The notes under the pieces: model-generated | Told to the model about the DNA's origin: nothing | What the model saw: the letters and a program-made list of their open reading frames with translations, nothing else | The model's database searches: none | Assembly: GCA_000934665.2 (NCBI GenBank) | Contig: KZ538849.1 | Span: 1-44,951 of the forward strand | Reading direction: 5' to 3' | Source: Catajapyx aquilonaris | Taxonomy: Eukaryota | DNA length: 44,951 nucleotides | Program-made: the position numbers and the translations under genes | Shown here: positions 13,612 to 25,100 of the stretch, in pieces | How positions within the stretch are numbered: position 1 is the first letter of the stretch | How the letters are laid out: every line of letters begins with the position of its first letter

Positions 13612-16600
13612 ATGTTGATTAGCATTATGAGTCATTTTTTGTTTGTAATACTTAGAAAACTTATGAATGATGATGTCGATGTGGAAATATAGGCATATTT
13701 TTTACTTTCCTTGTCTGAGGGTGGGGTTGAAACTGGGTGTCCCCTAGGAGGGACACTCGGCAAATGCACCACATGTGGACCGGCAAGTCAAGTACTGGTA
13801 CTCTTTTTTTTTTTTTTTTTTTACGTCACCCCGTGCTAGGGCCATGGGTCCTTATAGGGGGGTGGGATACCACCATTTTCTTCAATTTTCTATTTTTTCT
13901 TCTTCACTCCGGTGCAAGGATGAAAGGACATGGGGAAGGGATAGGGGATTTTTGGGGAGGGAACATGGGTGCAAGGTGCACGTCTGAAAACGGGTCATGT
14001 TCTGTTCCCCAGGAGGTTAGGTTGCCAGACACCTCCTTGGTGCAGGTCAGAGACCCTCCCGACGCAGGTGAAAGGAAAGTTCCCCAGGCGGGGATCGAAC
14101 CTGGGGCCTTTCACACAGCAAGCCGTGACGTTACCATCACGGCCACCACACCTCCCCAAGTACTGGTACTCTATAGGCTACTGTATGTGTGCGGATTTTG
14201 TGCGTTTTGTCGAACTGAATTTTTATGAATCCCTATTTTTAAAATGAGGGTTACCCGGCAACCATCGTAGCTATGGTAACCCACTGCCATGTACAATCAA
14301 ACATACATGCATACAAACTTTCGATTTTGGATCCAGTGAAACCTGTGTATAGCAGAATAGCACGGTGCCCTAAAAATCGTAATTGACAAGTTTCCGCTAA
14401 AAATTACGATTTTCCTAGTCATCAGCACCAAACGGGTAAGAGTGGAAGTGAACGCTGCAACGCCGCAAAGCATTGTGGGCAGAGGTGGTAGAGAGTGGGG
14501 AGAGAAAAAAAGTGGTGCTGTTTTTGCGGATCGCGCGCGAACCATTTAGCGATGTCGGATATATAAGGCCTAGTACGGTATATCAGCCGTTTCCGCTATA
14601 TTCGACACTGTATTTACGTCCTATGCATATGCCCGTTCCCGGAAAAATTCCGCAATGAACAAGTTTTTGTAACACTCGTCAGGGTAGGCTACGTTATGGA
14701 CAGGTTTCTCTACATATTTATCTAAAGTGAATCCTGTCCATAACGGACCCTGAACATAACGGAAACTTGCCTATTGCGGAATTTTTCTGGTAACCGGCGC
14801 ATGGAAAGTACACGATTTCCGCGTCGAATATAGCGGAAACTTGCTCATTACAGAAAATTTTATCATCCCGTGCATTTCCGCCATGCGCAGATTTCACTGA
14901 TATAGCTAGATGGGAAGTAAAACCTGTCTATAAGGGACCTTGTATATAACGGAAACTTGTTCATTGCGGAATATTCGAGTCCCGTGCATTTCCACTATGC
15001 ACAGGTAGTTTCACTGAATATAGCTAGATGGGAAGTAAAACCTGTCCACAACAGACCCTGTGGATAACGAAAACTTGCCTATTGCGGATTTTGTCTGGTA
15101 ACTGGCGTATGGAACATACACGATTTCCGTGTCGAATATAGCGGAAATTGTGTAATTTTCATACACCAGTTACCAGAAAAATTTCGCAATAGGCAAGTTT
15201 CCATTATACACAGGGTCTGTTGTGGACAGGTTTCACTGTATATTTATATACAGCGAAACCTGTACATATCTGAATAGCACGTGACTCTAAAATTCCGCAA
15301 TGAACACGTTTCTGTTATACCCTCCTGAGACCAGAGAAGCCATTTGTGCAATTATTTAGTAATACTTTGGAAGAACCCTCTGTAGTGGAGGTGTAGAAGC
15401 CATTTTTCAGAATTTCATATTTTTGTTGCAATCACTTATCGCAAAATTAGATGATTGTCCTATATATAGGACATTGGGTCTTAGCTATAACATTCCTTCT
15501 CTATATTTTTCAATGAATTTTTAAAAAACTTTTATCTTTATTTCAATACAGCAGTCTATATCTTACGTTTTCCTTGTACAGTATAGGGCTCCATACTAGA
15601 TGTTACATTTGCCGGGTGTCCCCTATAGGGGACGGCCCTTTTCTTACAATCTAGCATTCTATCATTTTTTAAATAATTTTTGTTGTGTTTTGGGGACTAT
15701 TATGAACTAATAAAAACAAACAAAAAACAAAATTTAAACAAAAAATCTTTCAGGTATATCTGGGTTAATTATAACAGGTTTGTCCACTAACATGTGCATG
15801 CATTAGCACTACAAATGTATTAACTTACATAACATCACAACTGGTTAGGGGGTCCAAAAAACTTGGCCCAATTCACATGAAAAATGCTTCATGTTCAAGT
15901 AATATTAATAAGGCTTGCCTATAAATGGCTCTGGTACGTTTTAAATGTGCAGCACTTACTTTTTTCCAACGCTTCCCAGTTTCAATCTGCTTCATGCTTA
16001 ATGTCATTAGTTGGAAAAGGAATCCAATTTCTACAGGTTCCAGCTTCTCTTCATTTTCTCTATCCTCCAAGAGTAAGGTAGTCATGGTTTTCCAATCAGT
16101 TACCAAATCATGTACTCCTAGTAGTGACTCCACAATTACATCAAGGTATGTAACCAACTACAAAAAAAAGTTGCATAAGTTTTTCAAACTATTACTGATG
16201 ATTACCGTAATAAACTATTTTAAATCATGCCAAACTAGTTCCAATCCTTGCATCCTTAGCATCAGAAAGGACAAGGATCATGTATTGGCTACTGGTAATG
16301 CCTTGGGTAATGCTCACCTTTCTTGAAATGATGTAATACACAAAATGTCTTAGAATCATAGTATTTGATGGTTTCTTCTTCCGTTTGCCTCGAGAGACTT
16401 TCACTTTACAATCTTTCACCAGCTCATCCATGAAGAACTTTCCTGCTGTTGTGAATATGTCCCTCTTACTAGAGCACACCAAGAGGAGCAGACCACTCTC
16501 CCGAAAATTGTCAATGCTTAGATTGTGACAACCACATCTGTAACAGAAGTATGTTACACTAGATAGACACCACTCATTATTTTATCGTGATTTTTATATT

Positions 16601-17269
16601 TAAAGATGCTGCAGCACTTCTTCACATACTGTATGAAATCAGAAATGATTTTAAAATAGTAGTCAACAAAGAAGCGGCTGGTGCCTTAAGCCTCACCTGA
16701 ATATTTCAAGGAGAACCTTCATTGCAAGGTCGGATGTTGTTAAATTTGAATTCTTTGTCAGACTAATCACATGTGCCTCGTAGATACTAGTGCGTTTCTT
16801 CAGATAGGGGATGACGTTAGGTGAAGCGAACAAGACACCCAAACTCTGCAGGTAAAATATTAAATATATGAAAGCACAGTTCCATATAATTCAGATACAG
16901 TGTGTACGTTGAATCCCTTCTCCACTGAGGAAATGCAGTGCGGGCAGGGGTGTCACGAGAAAACTTTGGCAGGATACATGCTAAATGTACACAGCTAGCA
17001 TGCACACGTGGACAATTTTGGCAGGGTATTGCGATGCATATTATATCTGTGTACCCCCTCTGTAACATCCCTTGCTGTTTTATGATGTCATGTCAGCTGT
17101 CAGAAATCAGGTTTTAAGGACCAAGGACTCACCAGGTCACATTCTACATGTTACATTTGGTATGATTCACCAAGAGCTTAGCTCTTGGATTCACTAATAT
17201 CTTGCCAATATTGTTGCCTGCAATGAATCATGTAAGAAGCTTGGGGGGGGGGGGGGGNNNNNNNNNNNN

Positions 17270-17300
<31 letters not shown>

Positions 17301-20300
17301 GAGAGTCATCTTGACCAAACAGTGAAGTAAATGACCTGACTCAGAGGGATCTAACCAGCCTCAATAGAAAAGAGCCCTTGGAAGTCCTCATTAAGGTTAC
17401 ATATCCAAGCATTGGCATGTAAAGTAGAAATCTGGGGGAGTCTATAGATATAATTTTTTTTGGCCCAACCATGAATGATTGTAACTGCAATAGAAGGTTG
17501 TTGTAAATCGTCTTATGGATAGCAGCATTCATGAAATAGTTAGAGAAGGCTGTATTATCCTCCTGTAGGGGAGGCGGAGTGGTGCTGCGGTAACGTTTGC
17601 GCCCACAGATGTAAGGGCCCCGGGTTCGATCCCAAGCCCAGGCTTTCCCCCCTTCATCTCGTGCAGAGTTGGGTGTCTCTGGCTGCGTTTTGGGTGGGAC
17701 TCCTTGAGACTAACCACCCGGGGGAGTTCACAAAATGTACCATTACAGACATTGCATTTTGCACATTGCACATCCCCTCCCACTCATCCATGCCTGTGGG
17801 CCCGCCCGGGTGCTTCGCTAAAGGTCCATAGTGTTGCAGTCATGGTTCATGAACACATTTGCCTCAGCAAAATCTCCTCGCTTTCGATATCTTACCATCC
17901 TACAACTGAACAGAAGGGGGGCCTCAAGTGTTGGTTGTAAAAGCCAATTTGAATATTTTTCTTCACAAAAGAGAGAACCTTTTCAGGTTGGTAACATGGG
18001 ACAAAACTTGGACTCCACATTTCTGTCAGGAAACAAAAATGGCGTCAAAACATTGGGAACACATGGTTTCTCCACCTTCCTAAAAGTTCAGGGTGCAGCA
18101 GTCAACTTCAAAGTAGATTGTCATAAAATCTTCTTGGATTGAGGTGGTGTTATGATGTTAAGTTTATAGGGAAGAGGGGCACAATCAATATGGAGGTAGT
18201 TTTTACACCAACTGTCTATGTATGTTGAGACAGGAATTGAGAAAGAAGATGCTATGGCATTGATGTTTTCCAGAGGAACAGTGGCTGATGGCCTGCCAAG
18301 AATGAGGGTCATCTTCCAGACTCTCTCCAACTTCTCAGAATATTTAAAAAAATTATTTATTTATTTATTGTACCCCGTGATGACCCTTACGGGTTCTATA
18401 GGGGGGTGGTACACCACCATTTTTCCTCAATTTTCTAAGTTAACTTCACTCCGGTGCAGGGAATCAAGGAGATTGGGTAAGGATAGGGATTTTCCGGGAG
18501 GGGACAGTTCAATGTCTCAAGTTTGGGCCATATGCAGTCCTCCAGGAGGTTAGGTTGCCAGACACCTCCAAGGTGCAGGTCAGAAACCCTCCCGACGCAG
18601 GTGAAAGGAAACACNCCCCCAGGCAGGGATCGAACCTGATGGAACCTTTCACTCAGCAAGTCGAGAAGCTACCATCTCGGCCACCACACCTCCCTCCTTC
18701 TCAGAATAGTGCGGCCGATTTCTTCAGAGTTGAATATGATTGAGTATAATTCCCCAGTGTCTCTTTGTGGCTGTCCTTTGGCATAATAATAATAATGCTC
18801 TAGTCATGCGGCAAAGATATCATTAACACCCAACCTACACATAATGGTAAGATTACTGAAATAATATGTACTTATTAGCTGGTAGGCCTAAATTTTGTTA
18901 TGAGGCTCACCTGATACTGTACAAGGGCATGACATAAAATAATGGCAACACCTCTATTTACTAGTACATTCATGTGGAATATTATTGTCACAAAAAATAG
19001 CTTACGCACATTCCTTAAACATGATCCCTTCCCATATTCATTGCCTTTTGCACTGGGCAAGTGGGCATCTTCATCTGAAGAAGAGAGCATCCTAATATAT
19101 TTTGTGTGAAAATGTGCTCCTTGCAGGCATATCTTCTTTGCAAAGTGGCTGGCTGTATATGGCAATAATTCAGCATCACTTGCTCTCTGAAAACCTAGTG
19201 AACATTTCCAAGCATTGACATTTCTGTTTTTAACCATGTTGTTACTCTGTCTTGGTGAATATCTCTTTAGGGAGGACCTGCCTGATGATGTAACTTTACA
19301 ACGTTCCACAATAATATTGTATCCTAATGGAGTGAACTTGTGAATCTCTGCCCATCTCAAATTCCACACAATCTATTAATGACAGTAGACATAACAACTA
19401 CATCCAATGATTGTACAGCACAAAATGACTGTGTTGCCACTACTTTATATTTAACACTCCTAATAAAGAAGGTAACAAAAGAAAACAATACAGTGGGACC
19501 CACTTATTTGGACCACATCGGGGCCACGGCATTTTGGCCCAATAAAGCGGGGGTTCAATTAACCTGGGTTCTTGTGAAACAACGGGGAAAAAACGCAAAA
19601 GATTAGACTGCACTACCAGCATTAATCCTCAAAAATTATTGCACAACAGGTGAAGGTAAAATCAATGTATAAAAGTGACTGTGTCATGCAAGTGTCATGT
19701 AAATGCAAAGTACTGTACTGTACAGTAATTTTAGTGCTCACTCACTGTAAAAAATTGTCTAGTAACATCTGTCGGGTTCTTGTTTTTGACTTCAGGTTAA
19801 CAAAGTTCGTGCAGGTGTCGAGTGCAGTCACAGGACCACCGTCATTCCCTACTTGCATAAAAAATCGTCAGTAGTATAGCATTATAGCAACTAAACTGGT
19901 CCGACTAACTGGGGAAATCACCACCTATGCGGGGAAAAATTACATTTATGGGATTGATTTGATTCCAGCCCTGGTGATTTGGTCCAAAAATGCAGGGGGG
20001 GCCAATAAATTGGGCCACCGATAAAGCAGGTCGCACTGTATTATAATAAATATAACTGACACATGCTGCACAAACATCACCTGTAACATTTTGTGTACCA
20101 CCCCTGGATCGGAATCTGCTAGAAGGCATTCAACAAGACCGAACACTTCTGGCTTGGTAAACTTTGCAGGAAAAATCACTACCCATTCAGTCAATTCTTC
20201 TATAACTAGCTGGCGAATCTTCACGCTTGAATCCATGCAGCGCTTTGCGTACACATTGTCAAGCAACTTTGCAATAACGCTATCCAAGTTTTTCTCAAGA

Positions 20301-22120
20301 CGTTTAAGGCCATTTATGATTTTGTCCAATTTCCTGTTGCTCTTAGTATTGTCTGTATGTTCATGCTTTTGCTTTTCATACTCCTTCTTGTTCGTCTGAT
20401 TATCACGCAGCATTTCAACAAGCGCTGTTATCATCTTGAGCGCTGCAATTCAAAATGATTAATATTTGAATGTTGCAATCACATTTCCCACAAATTGCCA
20501 AATATTCCCAGCCAAAAAAGTCAAATATTTGAAGGGGTAGAAAGAGAGGAAAAATGGGTCTTATATTATAGCAAGGCAACTTTTACTTCCCTCCCCCCCC
20601 ACATTCTGAACAGAGTTAAATGATTTTCTCATAATTATTTTATAATGGTTAAAATTGAGGAGAAACTGACTCATTTTCTACACCATCCCATTGCAAAATA
20701 CATGTTTTTCTTCAACAGTGAAAGTTTAAAGAATGCAACTAAGTTTTGCCTCATATGTCAACAAAAGCTGCAGTTACACAGTGCCTATACACTTACCCAC
20801 AAATGCATAATAATATAAAATGGATTAAACTGCAAACCTGCTCTTGCTGGCACTTCACGATATTCCTCAATGTGCGAGCTTGACAAGCATATTAAAAAGT
20901 TGGAAAGGATATCCAGCACTGCATCATTATTCATGATATCTTGTTTCATTTTAAACACAACAGATATCATGAACTCATCGAACATAGGCATCAGTGTCCT
21001 TCTATCATTCCTCGTCATAAAGAAGTTTTGAGGTTTACCCTGAAAAATAATGTGACATTCAAATAAAGTAAGTCTAAGATGGGACTACCATTAAAGGCAT
21101 GAATATTTTCTGTGAAGTTTGTAAGGCTTAACCCCTCAGGCTAAATTCTGAGAGGCTTGGACGAGCCACACTAGAGGCATTCCACATGAACTGGGCCATC
21201 TTTTACATTCAGTGTCTCTACTTTCAATCAAATTAAGGATATTTTGTGGTACTAAAAGACAAACCCTATTATTGGATAAACTGGTTTTGGCATCTGCTGA
21301 ATGGTTTCATACAGGGTGCGGAAATTTAATGTAGGGTTGCTTTGGGGGATGCAGGGTTCTAGGGGATCATTTTAAGTATAGGAATCATGGGTCTCCAAAG
21401 CATGTTACCAAAAAAATGAGCATCAAGAAGTTAAAAGTGCATTTTCCCAGCGTGTATGTACGGATACAGCCTACGACATTTCCATCGCCTAGGCCAGTGG
21501 TTCCCAACGTTTTTCGGGTCGCGGCCCCCTTTTATGATAGTCAAGTAACCTGCGACAGCCTCCCCCCCCCCCCTCTTCCGAGTATTAGTAGAAGGTTAAG
21601 GAAGTGTCGACATATTAAAGCATATTTTAAAACCCGTGGTAAAATTTCCTATAAAATTTTTGCAAGTAAAAATTATCACGACACCACGAGACTCCCTGGA
21701 AAAGGCTTCACGACCCACAGGTTGGGAAACACTGGTCTAGGGCTCTAGGCCATTTCCTGTTATGCCTAATGGGATCCTATCTTAAATTTAAATTGCATGA
21801 TAACACCTCAATAACGTAAATGGGGAGGCGGAGTGAACATATGCGCCCACAGATGTTAAGGTCCTGGGTTCGATCCCAGCCCAGGGTTCCCCCCTTCATC
21901 TCGTGCAGAGTTGGGCCATCTCTGGCTTCATCTCAGGTGGAATTTCCATAGACTAATCCACCCGGGGGAATTCACAAAATGACCACACCTAAGACATTGC
22001 ACTGCACTTTGCACATCCCCTCCTGTCATTCTGCCCGTGGGCCCAGGCGTTACTTAAAAAGGCTCCAATATATGTACGAGACATAAATAAAGGTCTGATA
22101 AGGTCAAGCACTATACCCGG

Positions 22121-22182
<62 letters not shown>

Positions 22183-25100
22183 ATTATTATTATCATCATT
22201 AACCGAAGCAGGTTGGCATAGTGGATAAGGCGTCCGACTGCTAATCGGGAGGTCCTGGGTTCGAATCCCGGGGCCGGCAACTCTGACCGTGGTTTTCTGT
22301 GGTTTCCCACGGTCCTTCCAGGGAAATTCCGGAGTTGTTTCCGTAATTAACAGGCCACAGCCGCTTCCTTCCGTCCCTATCCCATCCCAAAAAGTGCAGT
22401 AAAATGAAAGCAAAGAGTTCCAGGCAAAAGAAAAACTTCCCCCCTAAAGAGCCGAAAAAGGCTGATAACGGGGTATGAATTGTTATTATCATCATTATCA
22501 TTATTGTTGTTGTTGTTGTTGTTGTTGATGTTGATGTTATTATTATTTATTAACGTAAATGGAAAAAGTAAGGTCGCGTAGAGGGATGCATACCTGCCAG
22601 GATATTTTATAACTTAGTTTGTGTTTGTCACTCATTGTCTCGGTAACTATGCTTCGGATACCCATGATTACTGATACTTAAAATGATCGCCTAGAACCCT
22701 TCTACCATCCCCCAAAGTCATGGTATGTTAAATTTCTGCACCCTGTATATGCTGCAGGCACCTGTAACTGCGGGGTTTTTTTTTTTTTTTTTTTTGGTGT
22801 GCAGGTCACATTATGGAATCAGAAGTTACCTGTTCACCCCATGTGAAGGTAATAATAATTAATAATTCATACCCCGTTATCAGCCATCGGCTCTTTAGGG
22901 GGGAAGTTTGTTTTGCCTGGAACTATTAGCTTTTCATTTTACTGTGCTCTTTGGGGTAGGATAGGAAAGGAAGGAAGTGGCTGTGGCCTATTAATTACGG
23001 AAGCAACTCCAGAATTTTCCTGAAGGACCGTGGGAAACCACAGAAAACCACGGTCAGAGTTGCCGGCCCCGGGATTTGATCCCAGGACCTCCCGATTAGG
23101 AGTCGGACACCATATTCCCTCCTCCAAACTGCTTCGGTCCACGCCATGTGAAGGTCTAATACACTGCATTATTTTAGGACAGCTTAATTTTTTGTATACT
23201 TTTTCTCGCCAATACACTTATTTTTCATTCCACTCAAAGATTAATCTCAGGCATTTGTTCTAAATGCAGTATTAGGAATTTTTCATTTTACAACACTGGA
23301 TACATTTTAAAAATTGGCATATAAAATATCTTCAGCATATCTGATTTATGGCAACCAAGTCTGTGTAAAATAAATGACACTGTATCTGTCCCATTCGAAT
23401 CTTCCCTATTTGAGTGTCATTTCATTACACAGCCAAAATTTTGCTTCTTGAGTGATTTCCAACAAATGCAAGAAGATTCACCTTTTTACTCACAATGCGT
23501 TTATCCCATTCTTACATGAGAAACTGAATGAGGCAATAAATTCTTTTGCAACCTATTTATTGTCAAGTGAAATAATGTGAGGCAATAGAACCACCAACTG
23601 ATGGGCACAATTACTCCACTCTGATGTATTGTAGAAAATTATAATTCCACCAAAAGAATTTCAAAATGAAAATGCCAAAATGTACTAAACTGTACAAGTC
23701 CCTTTCTATTAAAAATTAGTACAGTAAAATGGATATATCATCTATGAAGTGTACTTTAATAGATCCCAGTGAGACAAGTTCATTTCAAAAAGCAATTTTC
23801 TTCTCCATGTTTTTCCTGAACACACCTGTCTCCCATTTTAATCATGTGCTCACAAGCAAGGAGACAGGAAGCAGTACAATCAGAATCACCCCAGAACACC
23901 TACATGTAGAGATATTCAGCTGGGAGAGATGAATCAGTATTCATCATGATGCCACCTTCCCCTGCAATTCATTTTAAACTCGAAAATATTGCTTGCACAT
24001 GAGAATAGCTGAGCCACTGATGCCAAATTGTATGTTTGTCTTTGCCACTTCAGGTGTGTAATTTTAATCCCCATAAAAAAAATATTTCAAGTGTCCATAA
24101 CTGACATATTCAAACTGTTGGGCATGATATTTGAAGGCACAAAAAACTAGGTGCTCACAAGATCTCATAAAATAATAGAACAGCCCCATTTTGCATCCTG
24201 GCATACGATATACAAGTGATATCATAACCTGCACTCTAAAATTGTTGGCATTATCTGCATATCAACACTAGTAGACGCTGAAACAGCTTTGCCACAAAAT
24301 ATTTTGTTGGTGCTACAGAAATGTACCATACATGATATTACAAATTGAATAAGAAATATGGGATAGATGACCTGTTTCACTTGGAATGCCTAAGTAATTT
24401 TCACATCCCCTGGTAACACCATGTGAAGTAATACCTGGTAAAACTCAGAAAAGAACTTTCTTGATAGTGTCTCAGGGTGCTCATCACGCTTCATGCCAAC
24501 AGCTACTTTAGCGTCAAATCCAATCATGTGGATTACAAGTTGCATTAGTCTTAATGTAGACACATTCTTATCATGCTGGTACTTATCATACCAACACTGC
24601 ACAATCTCCTACAAAAAGGAAAACATATTATCGTAATGTAAAAAATGTCACACAAATTATAAAGTGGCAAATAAAAATTACTGCCTTGCCTCCATGTTTG
24701 CATTCCTTTGGGCCAATTTATACATGACACTACCATGATCGAGCAAAGGGAACTTCCTTTTTTTACATGGCTTCTTCATCTTATTATGAGGCTTTTTCTT
24801 GGGATCACTTCTTCGCTCACCATGATCCTGAATTTCATCTTTCTTGTCAGATATATTGTCAAGATCGCTTTCTGCCTCAGGGGGCATAATGTCTGGATCG
24901 CTTGTTGCGTCAGGGGTCATGTCTGGATACCTTATTGCTGCCTCAGGGGACATACTGTCTGGCAAGCTTATTGCTGCCTCAAGGGGCAATCTGTCTGGAT
25001 GGCTTGTTACATCAAAGGACACAGTGACTGGATGGCTTGCTGTCTCAAGGGACACACGGACTGGATCGCTTGTTGCCTCAGGGGACACACTGTCTGGAAA

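Larger units (their letters stand above)
21312..22745. mobile_element. Tc1/mariner-type MITE containing a nested hAT MITE and two SINEs
   Basis: TA-cagggtgcggaaatttaa...ttaaatttctgcaccctg-TA with degenerate inverted arms of about 100 bp. Confidence 0.75.

Noticed and set aside
13428..13622. ORFs with poly-IY, poly-I or poly-N runs (also 12578, 22104, 31152)
   Set aside because: Translations of microsatellites.
18875..19369. 164-aa minus-strand ORF inside the SA intron
   Set aside because: No recognisable homology, and the SA exons at 20081 and 16845 join without a gap in the alignment, so it is not needed.
22203..22275. tRNA-like sequences with A and B boxes (also at 12280, 14157 and others)
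   Set aside because: They are heads of multi-copy SINEs with bodies, tails and TSDs, not tRNA genes.
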